Both the position numbers and the translations under genes were made by a program. A stretch of DNA of 64,000 nt, taken from Octopus sinensis (Eukaryota). Positions 40,942 to 55,016 of the stretch are shown piece by piece (within the stretch, counting starts at the first letter, position 1; the number at the start of each line of letters is the position of its first letter). The DNA lies in the NCBI RefSeq assembly GCF_006345805.1, contig NC_043008.1:7130001-7194000 (forward strand), written 5' to 3'. The notes beneath the pieces were generated by a model. The model did no database searches. It was not told the origin of the DNA and saw nothing but the letters and a program-made list of their open reading frames with translations.

Positions 40942-41470
40942 AATTATGGAGTGAATTTTAGCGCTTATATTTCTAACATTCTCCTATCCTTCCTTAATAC
41001 CGGTTTCCATATGCTATATGAATCTGCACTTGGTCTGCTAAGAAGGTTGTTGTGTCCTAGCATATGTGCTGCTTCTTTTAGATTTCGTATTTTCCAGTGG
41101 TGTTCTCTGTCTATTATATTAACTTCATCCCACAGGGGGAGGTGGTCTCCATTTTTCCATACATGATCAGCTATACCAGATTTATCAATATCTCCTCGTG
41201 TCACAGCTTTGCGATATTCCTCTGCTCTTATTTTGAGCGGGCGGCATCTTTTCGCCACAGCTGCATGAGATGGAGTTACACGCAGTTTTTGGTCATATTC
41301 TCTTCTATTGGTGGTTTTACTCGAAGGAGATATTTGCAAAGTGTTGCATTACTCCTGGATACTGTCCTGATGTCATATGGGCCGCTTATCTTTTGTATCT
41401 TTTTGGGGAGGCCTTTCATATAGGGTAGACAGACCTTAGGAATGAGAACCCAAGTTCGAAATTTCTCCAA

Positions 41471-41516
41471 GACACCTGATGAAGGCTGGAGGGTATATCA
41501 GCCGAAACGTTGTGTT
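41471..41516 (+). ncRNA. Minimal type I hammerhead (family H1), intact core
   Basis: Stem I GACAC/GUGUU, CUGAUGA, stem II GGCUG/CAGCC, GAAA, palindromic ACGU, predicted cut after 41511. Confidence 0.8.
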
Positions 41517-41651
41517 AACAACAAACAAGATGAGGACAAATACCTGTCAAATGTAAGTAGCGTAAATAATATACCATTAGCTGTAGCCTTGCATAGTGAT
41601 CCATTACGACAATCGTCCTACCGCCTTGTTTTATATGTCATCTGGCTTCAG

Positions 41652-41738
41652 CGAAACAAAATGAGGACTAATATCCATCAAATCTAAATAATGTAAATAC
41701 CGTACATTATTCCTCATCTCTTAAATATAGAATTGTAA
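41652..41738 (+). mobile_element. Extra 3'-terminal fragment of the same PLE
   Basis: ATGAGGA..TCCTCATC stem and CTCTTAAATATAGAA, matching the reverse complement of 57723-57790. Confidence 0.75.
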
Positions 41739-42209
41739 AAAAAAATCCAACTTCCTCAAATGTTGAAAGTTAGCGACGATGTCGTTGGAGAACATATGAA
41801 ATTATGTAATGGTAATTTCCGGAATATTAAATACCCTTAGAAATACAGCTGCTGTCACTCTTAAAGTACACCTATAACAAATTACTACGCGAAGCAACCT
41901 AGATAGAAAATGAAACTTGTAGAAAACATTAACTGTCTAGACCGCCATATTCGGATGGTTAACCGTCATAGTAAAAATGTACGAGGAATAATGAGCTCAC
42001 AACTTGCTAATTATGGCTTATTTATAAATTAACAAGACTATATAGTGACTTTTCACACCTAGCTTTTGAAGGAAAGCTAATTACTCTAAAACACGAGCTC
42101 AAGATGTTGAGCGAAAAATTTCGGTAGTGTAGGAGAATTTTTGAACGAATCGGTATAAATCACAAATATGCTTTCAGTCTGCATGCATTGTATATATATA
42201 GAGAGAGAC

Positions 42210-42624
42210 AGGCGGCGAGCCGGCAGAAATGTTAGCACGCCGGGCGAAATGCTTAGCGATATTTCATCTGCCGCTACGTTCTGAGTTCAAATTCCGCCGA
42301 GGTCGACTTTGCCTTTCATCCTTTCGGGGTCGGTTAAATAAGTACCAGTTACGCACTGGGATCGATGTAATCGACTTAATCCGTTTGTCTGTCCTTGTTT
42401 GTCCTCTCTGTGTTTAGCCTCTTGTGGGTAGTAAAGAAATTGGTATTTCGTCTGCCGTTACGTTCTAAGTTCAAATACCGCCGAGGTCGACTTTGCTTTT
42501 CATCCTTTCGGGGTCGAGAAATTAAGTACCAGTTACGCACTGGGGTCGATATAATCGACTTAATCTGTTTGTCCGTTCTTGTTTGTCCCCTCTATGTTTA
42601 GCCCCTTGTGGGTAGTAAAGAAAT
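42210..42624 (+). mobile_element. SINE A tandem dimer
   Basis: Second unit starts at GGTATTTCG (42442) directly after AAAGAAATT. Confidence 0.92.
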
Positions 42625-43242
42625 AAGAATATTCCATTACTACATACACACATACACACACACACAGCTATCGGTATTTTCTGTAAAGAACGTAGCAGAA
42701 TACAGTAGAAATCCCGTCTGCCTTCAGATTTCACCCTGTGCTCTCCAGTAGAAGTATTATTGACATCTTAATTGAATCTTCCATGTGTTACCATGTATCT
42801 CCTTGCGGCAACGTAAACTTTCATTTAATCAAGATATCCTTCGCCTGAAGAGTAGCCTGCGGTATACACCTCGCCTGGATATTTACCACTTCTAAGATAC
42901 CGCTCGCTATGAAACATATGTAGCTCGGATCTTATCTACTCCAATCCGTAATTCTTGTAATCTTATTCGCAAACCTGGAAAACCTAATTGCCTACTGTGA
43001 AACATAAAAAGAACTTATTTCTGTTTATCGTACTTCGATAAGGATCCTCAACCTTCCGTCCCAATAAACCGCTATCGCCCCTGAAAGTTGTTTTTCTATA
43101 TTTATAACGGATTGAAGCTAATTTCCTTCCTATTCGATCGCTGGAACTATCTATCTAGCTATCTACCTACCTACCTACCTACCTACCTACCTACCTACCT
43201 ACCTACCTACCTACATACATACCTACCTACCTACCTACCTAC

Positions 43243-43316
<74 letters not shown>

Positions 43317-43370
43317 CTATATATATATGTATATATATATATATATTTGTATTTCTACATATGCATATAT

Positions 43371-43413
43371 TGTCCGACGAACGGAAACTTGAAACTCAGA
43401 GTAACAGCTTTTG

Positions 43414-43415
<2 letters not shown>
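43371..43415 (+). ncRNA. Isolated H2 hammerhead-like motif in a TA-rich tract
   Basis: UGU-CCGACGA-ACG GAAA CUU-GAAA-CUC A GAG-UA-ACA. Confidence 0.5.
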
Positions 43416-43451
<36 letters not shown>

Positions 43452-43661
43452 TTTATTCATGGTCACGCGCACACATACATACACATACAAAATTTCACAC
43501 AGTGTAATAGAACATATTCATAAACAGGCTGTGACCAGGTAACAAATCACTTTATGGCATTTGTACATTTATATTTGAATAAATTAATGGAGTGACATAC
43601 AAATGCAAATACATAATGCGTAATATGATATACCGTATATATCAGTATATACATCCATGTC

Positions 43662-43708
<47 letters not shown>

Positions 43709-43889
43709 GTTTGTATGTATATGTGTGTATGTGTGCTGTGTATAAAGTTAGTAATTTTATAATACGCTGTCGTTTTTACGACGCATTAAAACTTGTTGCA
43801 AGTTAATGAATTTTTCATGAAGCTCGATAAACATATTCCTGAGACCCTTGAAGTTTTTCGGTTTCCTGTCGAATGTTCTTTCGATAGAA

Positions 43890-45200
43890 CATAGGCACGT
43901 GAATGACGCGCCTGTCTGAAGGCCGGCCCCGAATTTATTTTCCCACGAGAGTTCCGGGCCCCAGTAATGAACTCATTTTCATACAGCTAATTAGAGCTGA
44001 ACCTGGCCTTGTTGTCAAGTTAAGAAACATACTCTACCAAGTAAACTCAAGAGGAAGAATGGTGTAAGTCGACCGATCGCTAATTTATGCCAGATCTTAG
44101 AAGGAGACAAGCAATTAGGTTTGCATCTATACCTATTATCGGATTTTGTTAGGGCCCCATATGGTAAAGATATGGATGGGAAAAGTGTGTAGAGAGTGAT
44201 GCGGAAGCAGCTCTCTCCCCTTACTGATGTACACTGTAAACAACAATACAAATAACTACGCAGAGGCAGCCATGGTTGAAACAAGAACAAGAACGACAAG
44301 CATTATCAAAAGACAAAAGAAGCATGGTCATTCCTTACCCAAGTGACCTTATCGTCCATGACTTGCTTTGCGCTCATAAATTTGTTTGATAGTTGAGCTC
44401 TGATTGGCTGTATGCAAATGGGTTCGTAATAGATGTCCGGAACACGCGTGGGAAAAAACTTTGCACGCCGGCCGAGTATCTTTTGAAGATATCATTCGTA
44501 GGGCGACTAAGAAAATTGGAAATCTAAAAGAATTTCGAGAAATTCAACTTCAGACATTCGCTGAAGTATCTGTAAATCTGCTGGGATATTTTCACGGACA
44601 ATTTTGACATTGCTCACGTCCCTACGATAATATGAAAAGGAAAGTGGCGGTGGCAGGGCGGGCGGAAGAAAGAAAGAAAAACTTACTGTCTATTGTTCCA
44701 CAGTCACCCTACATGCATCGCCTATCCCTAATGAGTACAAAGGGCTTCCTAAAATGTTACTGAAAGGCGCGGGAGCAGCTGTTCGCGGCGGAAGGTGAAA
44801 CCAAAACGTTGCCTTGCGCGGTGCGGTGTAATATATATATATATATATTTCAAATGGACTGACGTGCTGGGATCACCTTGTACGTACACATGGGAATTAT
44901 GTATGTATGTAAGTATGTATGTATGTATGTATGCATATACGTATGTATATATGCATGCATATATGTATGTATGAATGTATGTATGTATGAATATATGTAT
45001 GTATGTATGAATGTATGTATGTATGAATATATGTATGTATGAATATATGTATGTATGCATGTTTATATGTATATATGTATGCATACGTCTCTATATATGC
45101 GTGTGCGTGTAGATGTTTGTGTATGTGTATATGTGTGTGTGTGTTGTCTGATTACATATCTAAGACAGCGTGCATTTGAAAGCGCGCGTGGGAAGAGACT
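43890..45200. promoter_or_regulatory. Candidate Notch-responsive enhancer or promoter
   Basis: CGTGGGAA at 43940-43947 (-), 44447-44454 and 45187-45194; NF-Y CTGATTGGCTG 44400-44410; octamer 44412-44419; CACGTG 43896; GCAGCTG 44775; locally CpG-rich. Confidence 0.5.
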
Positions 45201-45637
45201 TCTGACATTAGTCTACCTGCTTGCATACGACACACACACACAAACACACACGCTCAAACACACACACACACACACAAAAAAAACACACCCACTCAAACAC
45301 ACACATACACACACATCTATCACCACAGTTATATAATATCCATTAATCTGCCAGAATGTCTTCAGAATTCTGTAGTGGCGTGTGTATGTACAGACATAGA
45401 AATATGTGCGCGCGGAAATACACTTACGAGTCGGTGCTTTGCGTGTTTTGTAGTTTTGAGTGATTTTCTTCTTCTTTTATTTCGAATTCCTCCATTCTTG
45501 AAAATCTTAAATGACAACTAGGAAACATCACACCAATCCACCCGTATTTAAAGGCAATTTTCACACACATAAATTTGATTTTTACGAAGATACTCAAGCA
45601 TACACGTATCCATCCATCCAGCTAAAAATACATACTG

Positions 45638-45731
<94 letters not shown>

Positions 45732-46897
45732 ATATATATATATATATATATGTATATGTGTGTTTGGATGAGAATTTGTGTATGCGTGTGTGCGTGTGCG
45801 CGTCTTAGAAGTTTCGGTCAGGTAAGCCACTCTCCGACAAAAGCTTAGCTGGCCGACACTTCGAAGTCACTGTCAACAACATTTTTGAGCAAGAATAATA
45901 CATTTATACTCTAAAAAAATGTAGAATAATCCTTCAGTTTAAAGTACAATCCTATTCTTTTATAACACAACATATCTCACACACACGTACCTGTATATAC
46001 CTATATGTATACGCACACATACACACACACCCACTTATAAATATATATACAGAGAGAAAAAGGGAAGGAGAGCGCAAGTCAGATAAACGCCTAGACAAAT
46101 AGATAGAGATAGGTAGATAAGTAGATAGAAAAGTTGATAGATAGGCACAGAGTTGTACATGTATTCACCTCCATTCATACAATCACATAGCCAAGTACCC
46201 ATCCACATACCCGTAAAGCCTTTAAGATATGATACATAATAGGCATCTACCTCTCTCTCTCACTCTCTATGTATTTATATATGCCTACATGTTTATGCAT
46301 CTATATCTACACATATATGTATGCGTGTGTGTCTCTGTGTCTGGGTATGTGTATATACATGCATACACATCTTATATGTGTGTGTATGCATGTATTCATG
46401 TCTGTTGGCTGAGTCACAAATAGTTAAGTATATCCACATACGAGCCCGCATGCATGCAATCTGTATATATCTCTGTATAAACAGACGGAGTCCTTAAAGG
46501 CAACAGCATTTAAACAATTTTCTCCTGAACCGTCGTAGTCTGTTGTGTGTGTATATATTTCTATTATATCTGTGTGACTTTTCTCTTAGAACACAAAACC
46601 AGGACAAAAACTGGGAGACAATCTACAAACACTCCTACCCCTTTTACGTGTACACTCACATGTGTATGTATATGTATATATATATATTTAATTATGTATG
46701 TGCGTATGTATTTGCGTGAGGCATTTGTGTATAGTAATGCTCTTAATATAAATAAATATATTTAAAGGGAATAATTAATAATTTTTTTCCTTATGAGTTT
46801 TCTCACGCTAACTACTTGATAATTTCTTATAAACATTTTATCCTATTCTTAAATTGTGTGTGTTTATACATACATACATACATACATACACACAGAC

Positions 46898-46929
<32 letters not shown>

Positions 46930-47059
46930 ATGTATGTATATATGTATGTATGTATGTATATATATATATATATAACCCCTAATAGTGGTTTGGAGTTTAC
47001 CTACTGCTTCTAGCGGGTTAGATGTCCTGTTATGGCCATCTCTTATATGTTTAAATGTA

Positions 47060-47097
<38 letters not shown>

Positions 47098-47205
47098 TAT
47101 ATATACACATATAATATGTTGTGTGTGGTGTGTGTGTGTGTTTTGGTGTATATATATATATATCTATCTGTCTGTGTATATATATATGCAATCTATATAT
47201 ATATA

Positions 47206-47245
<40 letters not shown>

Positions 47246-47649
47246 GTACACACATATATATATATGCACACACGCGCATACATATACACATACATGCAAA
47301 CACAGAGATACACATACACACATGCAGAGAGTATATGCATATTAATCCCCCGAAATACACTTCCTCACGCGCATAAACTAACACACAGTCACGAGCATGC
47401 ATGTAGGAGCACTCACATGCCCCCACCACTGGCACACACTCACGCCCACACAAACAAACACTAGCAACGTAGAGCTGTCGACATCTATCAGTTAAGGGAG
47501 TGGTTTAAGTTGTCTGTGAGGCGGTGGGGGTGGAGACTAAGAAATTTGGTGAAGTGGCTGCCTCTGATGGTGTGTGCGTGCGAGTGCGCGCTTAGATCGC
47601 TAACCTTAGACGCTAGGAAGTGTTGCATAACCTAACCTCTCGCGCTATA

Positions 47650-47681
<32 letters not shown>

Positions 47682-47690
47682 CACATATAG

Positions 47691-47722
<32 letters not shown>

Positions 47723-48613
47723 ACACATATACATATATATATACACATATACATATATATATATACACATATACATATATATATACACATATACATATAT
47801 ATATATACACACATATACATATATATATATACACATATACAATATATATATACACATATACATATATATAAATACACATATACATATATATTATATATTA
47901 CTATACATATATATATATACACACATATAACATATATATATATACACATATACATATATATATATACAATATACATATATATATATACACTATACTATAT
48001 ATATATACACATATGCAGATATATACACACACACACACACACACACCACGCATATATAGATATAGATATATATAATATATATATATATGTAAGCATATGT
48101 GTGCACAGTAAAGTGCGCGCTCTACTTCCTGCGTAAACGGGTGTATGGTATAAGTACGCTGGTATGTTGCGTACGATGCGGTGTTATACTGCCAGCACGC
48201 GAGTGTGTGATGGTAAACATATGCTATTCTAGCAAAGGATTAAAATACAGCTTTTTCTAGAATGTTCCGCTGCTTACCTCCACCATTTTGGCGGCGTTTC
48301 ATCTAGAATAGCTGTGTAGAATTCGTGTGCATAAACATACATACACGCACGACCACACACACATAAATATATATATAACTATATGTATGCATAAGAGTTA
48401 ATTATGCGCGTGAGCATGCATATATAACATGACTATGTGCAAATATACATACATATCTTCAATATTGCACAGACTTTCCATTCATGCCATATTCATCCAT
48501 CTCACCACCTCTTTCTGTCTCCCCTCTCGCCCCCCTCTCTCCTTGAGCATTGCGTGTTTGTATGTTTGTTCATGTGTGTTTAGATACATATATAGAGAGA
48601 GCGATACAAACAT

Positions 48614-48654
<41 letters not shown>

Positions 48655-48796
48655 CATATATATACATATATGCAGGGCTATACAGCGGTGGTGTACCCCC
48701 TACTGTCACGTTCTTGTTAGATTGACAGTATACAACCATTCTATCGCCCCACCACCGTACATGTCTCTACGAGAGATTTAGAAATTCAATATTTCT

Positions 48797-48830
<34 letters not shown>

Positions 48831-49198
48831 GGCGTGTATTTTGTATTTTAGATTTTCTTGTCGTAACATATTTCTACAATATATATATATATATATATAT
48901 ATACAAACTGGGACAAGAACGCATAACATTTAGAAGACGATACAAAAACCGGATCATACTCGCAATTTCGGCTGATTAATCTTGAGATTGCTCCAATCTG
49001 GCCAGCCCCAAGGAAAAACTAAGCTAAGCGCATTATATTCCTTGGAAAAAAGCTTCGAATGTATACGAAACAAGGACGGAAAACGGACGATGTGTGTGTA
49101 TGTATGTATATATTTACGAATATATGCGTACATTTATGTATTCATGTTTGCATATATACATATATGTATGTATACAGACAAACATAATTTCAAATATT

Positions 49199-49298
49199 NN
49201 NNNNNNNNNNNNNNNNNNNNNNNNNNNNNNNNNNNNNNNNNNNNNNNNNNNNNNNNNNNNNNNNNNNNNNNNNNNNNNNNNNNNNNNNNNNNNNNNNN
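49199..49298. other. Assembly gap (100 N)
   Basis: Run of N; contiguity across it is not guaranteed. Confidence 1.
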
Positions 49299-50752
49299 CA
49301 TCTCACTCTCTCCATCTCTCTCCTTCTCTGTCTGTCTGCCTGTCTCTCTCTCTCTGCACACATGCCCACCCACGCGCTTAAATGTCAAGGCCATAACGAT
49401 CTCTTTAGCACAGAACAATGTATAGTCAATAATACCTTTTGCGTCAAGTAAAACGTTCACAATATCCTAACAAGGCGGATGATATTCAAGCATGTCAGTA
49501 CATGTAAAAAACACTGGCCATTGACGTAACTTTCTTACTTGTTCCTGTTTCAATTGATAGAAATACGCCATGTATATGTTTGTGTATTTATATAAATAGA
49601 GCTGTAATCGCGTGCGGTCGGGTTAGGTTTATCGCGAATGCTATTGTTAACGTGCAACGCTGTGCAACCTGTTCATCTTGGGCTATCAGCCCCATCCCCC
49701 ACAAACACCCTAGCCTAGGGAGAAGATTTGCTAAACAGCCAGCAGAACAATAAAATCTGTCAAAAGAATGGATGAACTCATAGTGTTAAGGACTGTTTCG
49801 AAATTGTGTAAACGGGTATTATCTGGAAGGTTTCCAGAACGGTTGCTTCACAGCAAGCTGTTTCTTATGTCCTGTATAAGCGAAGCAAGAGTAAAACCTG
49901 TCTTAAAATTTCAGTCATAGTAGCAGGTGTTTTGTTTGGGTTTTTAGCAGCGAGGTGATTACATAAATAATTTTGTAAACCATAATTTATGGACGCCTTT
50001 GGGCGTAAGTTTGGTATTAATCGACAGATTTCTGCCAGGAGAATATCTTATATGAAAATAATGGAAATTACTATCGACCAGATGAAAATAATGAAAAGAA
50101 TGGAAATTGACCAAATATCGGTTTTGCATCATAACACAAAACAGTGTGCACAGCCTTAGTCTGACACGTGGCACATTGTATTGCAGTTTAAGCTGCACAA
50201 ATGGTCGAACAGAATCTGCGGAAGAGGGTGTAGTGAATAGAATACTCTGCACAAATTTCCTCCACTGACAGCAATTGCGTAGTGTAGCTTGTCCAACGAT
50301 AATATTTCCGGACAAAGGATAGGCGTTAAAATAGTAAAATAAGAAGAGTAGAAAAAAAAAATAATCATAACACTGCGCGTGTTTGTTTGGAAAAAAAAAC
50401 CCTAAAAATCATCCCGAAATACAACAATATCTGTCTCAACACACGATTTCACATCAGTAATCTTGCAAATCGAATTGATAAACTTATATACATACATACA
50501 TACATACATACATAAATACATACATACACACATACGTACATACACACATACATACATACATACACACATATATATATATATATAATATATATATATATAT
50601 TGATAAAAATGGTAAGATAACTAAAGAAAGAAAGAGAACTCGATATTATGTAAATAGATAATGAAGAGATGGCGGCGTGGATTTCCACCTCGGATCCGAA
50701 ACTCGGAGTTTTATCATGGCTACTTAATAATTGTCATATATTACATTTACAG

Positions 50753-50801
<49 letters not shown>

Positions 50802-52404
50802 TATACATATGTATGTGTATATATATGTATATATGTGTATATCTATGTATGTGTGTGTCTGTGTGTGGTAAGTATGTATATATTGGGATTCCAGATCTGC
50901 CTTTTCTTCCAAGTATCTTCGGTAAACGCTGAACCAGCTGAGCTACAGTCCTTTAACGGAAACCATTACAAGAAACACCCCTCCCTAAAAAAAAAGTAAT
51001 AATAATAACAACAAATAAATAAATAAATAGACAAACCTTTCGTTCTTAACAATTTCGTCGATGTATTGTATTTTGTCTCATCTAACCTCGGAGGATTTGA
51101 ATTAAAATCTACATCTTTTATGAATTGCCTTATAGCATATTAACTATTTCTTACACATTAAAATCTCCATTTTGTGGTTTTGAGTTTATCCCTACTTATG
51201 TCTCTGACGCTTTTTTTTTCTCTCTCTTTCTCTCCTTCCGTCTCTGATTCTCTCTCTCGCTCTCCTCGCTCCCCCTCTTTCTCTCTCTTTCTCTCTCTAT
51301 GGCGTATTGTTATTCTCTATTAAACAGTCTTCCCTGCGTAAAGAGATTTTATATCGGTTTAGAACGGAGCAGCTACTGTCTCCCAAGTATCCTAACTCCG
51401 ATAAAAGAAATCTCTCAAAGCTTCTTCCAACTGATTTATCAATTATATTAGTATTCCAATCGGTATTATGTAGATTGAACAATTCTTTTCGACTCAATAT
51501 CGCAATATATTAACTATGTTAACCAGCCTTTAACTGTATTTTCTTCATGCAGAAGGTATCCCTGGAAAAATTTCTAATGTCATTATGTAGATTGGTCGCT
51601 AGAATTCCTCAATTTAACTCCGGCATCTCGTGCTTTTATTTTAGAACTCACGTGATTTCTTCCTGAAGCCACACATTTACTTTCATCGGTTTCCAATTAG
51701 ATTCAGATCGAGCAACCAGTTTCCTTTGCTCAGACTATTTTCTTACAGTAATAGTCAATTGAGACTATAAATCAAGAGAACTGGCCGTGGAATAGTGCGT
51801 GTGTGTGTGTGTGTGTGTGTGACAGAGAGAGATTGAGAGAGAGAGAGAGAAAGAGAGAAAGAAGAAGAGTTAGAGTGTAAGAACGAGAGGAAGTAGAAAA
51901 CACTTTATTTTTCCTTTCATTTCCTTCTGAAGAAAACCTGTAGCTGTTTTTCAACAGCTCGCCTTTAATTATGTTAGGGACTATATTAGTATAGAGGAGC
52001 AAAAAATGTCAACCATTTCTTTTGACGAAAACTATATTGTTAAGCAAAGAAGATTTATGGAGTAATTAAGCTGGAGATAAAATAAGCGGAACAAACACAA
52101 GCAAAACAGCACCAAAGGAAAAAGTAAAAAAAAGCCCTACAGAGACAGATTACTAAATAAATTCAGATGTTTTTCATCGAGAGATGTAATTAGGATGGAT
52201 GTTTTAAAGGACGGAGTTAACAATTGTAGTTTAAAATAAATATTTAAAATAAATATAGACAACAAGTCGAAGAAAAACCCAAGTCAACTGCTTTAGAAAC
52301 AACTAATAATTAGAGAGAAGATCTGGTTCTTTGGTATTGGCAAATGGTCGTTTCTTTTCTCTCAATGCTAGAATTCTTGACAAGGTGAATTATATTCAGG
52401 CGTG

Positions 52405-52790
52405 GATACATACAGACGTACATACATACATACATACATGCATACAGAGGTACATACATACAGACGTACATACATACAGAGGTACATACATACAGACGTA
52501 CGTACATACAGACGTACGTACGTACATACATACATATATACATACGTGCGTACAAACATATGTACATACGTACATACATACACACATACAGAAGTACATA
52601 CATACATACATGCGTACAAACACATATACATACGTATAGACATACATACGTACGTACGTACATATATACGTACATACATAGATACATACATACGTGCGTA
52701 CAAACATATGTACATACGTACATACATACAGATGTACATACATACAGACGTACATACATACACACATACACACACACATATATATATATC
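52405..52790. repeat. (TACA)n-derived minisatellite with higher-order duplications
   Basis: Repeated CATACAGACGTA and CGTGCGTACAAACATATG blocks. Confidence 0.85.
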
Positions 52791-52941
52791 TACACGAACA
52801 CATTGATATTCATATGCTTTTGCACATACACACGTATACATGTGTATAATCGTTTATTTATTTACGAGAATATCTATTCTCACTGTCTGGACACAGATAT
52901 ATACACTCATATGTATATGCATGTATTTATATATGCATATG

Positions 52942-53198
52942 TGAAGGTGCGTGGCCTAGTGGTTAGGGCATTCGGCTCACGGTCATAAAGTCATGAGTTC
53001 AATTCACGGCGACGCGTTGTGTCCTTGAGGAAGACACTTCATTTCACGTTGCTTCAGTCCACTCATCTGGCAAAAATGAGTAGTATGTGTATTTCAAAGA
53101 GCCGGCCTTGTCACACTGTATCATGCTGAAACTCCCCGACAACTACTTTAAGGGACACGTGTCTGTGGGATGCTCAATCTCCTGCACGTTAATTTCAC
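52942..53198 (+). mobile_element. tRNA/CORE SINE, tail type 1, 3'-truncated
   Basis: A/B boxes; TGTGTCCTTGAGGAAGACACTT. Confidence 0.88.
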
Positions 53199-53199
53199 A

Positions 53200-53530
53200 G
53201 TGTTTCTCAAGTACTCCTGGCGGATGACGCCTCTGCACCACTCAGGTAACAGTCCTCCAGCCCCAGAGTCTGTTTGGGCAGTCGTTGCTAGTGAAGGTCT
53301 AACGCGGTCGCAATACAAATCCTATCTCCTCCGTTCACAGTCACCTTTTACGACACACAGAGGAAAGGTTGGGTACTTTCATTGATATGCTGGTATCAAG
53401 ACATCACTAGAGCAACGTGAAATGAAGTATTTTGCTCAAGAACACAACAGGCCGCCCGGTTCGGGAATCGAAACCACGACATGATTACCGTCAGTGTAGC
53501 ACCCTAACCACTAAGCTACGCGCCTCCACA
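53200..53530 (-). mobile_element. tRNA/CORE SINE, tail type 4
   Basis: Reverse-complement head with GTTTCGATTCC; TGTGTTCTTGAGCAAAATACTT. Confidence 0.75.
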
Positions 53531-54192
53531 TTTTAAAACAGGATAAAATAACTGTTTATCATATAATAAACCGTTATTTCATATTGTTAAATGAATTTGA
53601 AATATAATGAACATTATTCTCTAATACTATTTTATAATAGTAAAAGGTTTATAGAAATATGGAGACCGTTGTGTAAAAGCCACACTCCGGATTCCATTTC
53701 CACGAGCTAATTCCGTATGGTGCTGCCTGATGCCAAATATCATCAAATCACTGAGAGCTCCTATAACTAGGTTTCTGAAACAGAGAATATCATTATACGG
53801 CGTATTGCAGCTGTTTTTGGCAAGTTCCTAAGTGCGGAATTGAAATGATATTTATATAAAAGTTAATATACGACAGCTGTTAATGGACAAAGCAAAATAA
53901 TTACTCTAGTTTCTGGATATCAAGCATGAGGATTTGAGAAACTAGTCTTATACAAACATCCCAAACCACAACAACACACACATTACGCGTAAACACAGAC
54001 ACACTCTCACGCACAAACTCATTTTCTTATTTTTCTCTTTAGTTGTTTGTATGTATGTATGTTTGTATTTATGTATGTGTGTGTGTCTATCTATCTATCT
54101 ATCTATCTATCTCTATCTATCTATCTATCTCTATCTATCTATCTATCTCTCTCTCTCTCTATATATATATATATCTGTCTATCTATCTATCT

Positions 54193-54227
<35 letters not shown>

Positions 54228-54265
54228 CTCTCTCTCTCTCTCTATCTATCTCTCTCTCTCTCTAT

Positions 54266-54296
<31 letters not shown>

Positions 54297-54415
54297 CTGT
54301 CTATCTATCTATGTTATTTCTCACTTTCTCTTATGTATTTATACATATATACATGCATAAATACATAACACACACACACAACACAGACACACACACACAC
54401 ACACACACACACATA

Positions 54416-54454
<39 letters not shown>

Positions 54455-55016
54455 ACAATCTGGTTTTCCGTTTCCTATCATTGTAGAGTGCTTCACTTGC
54501 GGGATTCACTATTCCAATTACTATTTTAGCAGTTTCAGTGATTGCTTGGTAGGACCTATCTATTTCGTTGTCCGAAGAGAATGCCTTGTTGTTATTCTAA
54601 CGCCGAATAGATTCGATTAAGTAAATCTATGATAAAAACATACCAGATATGGCCTACCTGTTTTTTATGCCATGAGGAACATAATTTAGTGTTCTTCCTT
54701 GTCTAATGCTGTCGATTACGTGGATTAAGGCAAAATTGATACTTATTTGAAGTGACCTCCTTCAAGCTGTAATATATGCCTAGTGTTATATGTGAGGGCA
54801 CACTAAACTGCGTGAGTGTGTGTGTGCCCGCCTATTTGTCTGTCTGTGTGCGTGTCTGAGTATTGTCTTACTGTGTGTATATGCTTGTGTATTACTTTTG
54901 AGAGATCGGGCTGTTTGATTTGTCATGTATATGTGTGTACATATGTATAATGCATGAGTGTGTATGTATAATATATATATGGTAACCAAATATAATATAT
55001 ATATATATGGTAATCA

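Larger units (their letters stand above)
40706..41570 (-). mobile_element. 5'-truncated Penelope-type element: RT-thumb/GIY-YIG fragment, tRNA-like segment, hammerhead, and inverted terminal-repeat copy
   Basis: VCLPYMKGL..RVKP..KNCV and RPLKIRAEEY..SGIADHVW..H..LWDEV.IIDRE..WKIR.LKEAAHM; 41434-41570 is the reverse complement of 40706-40841. Confidence 0.92.
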
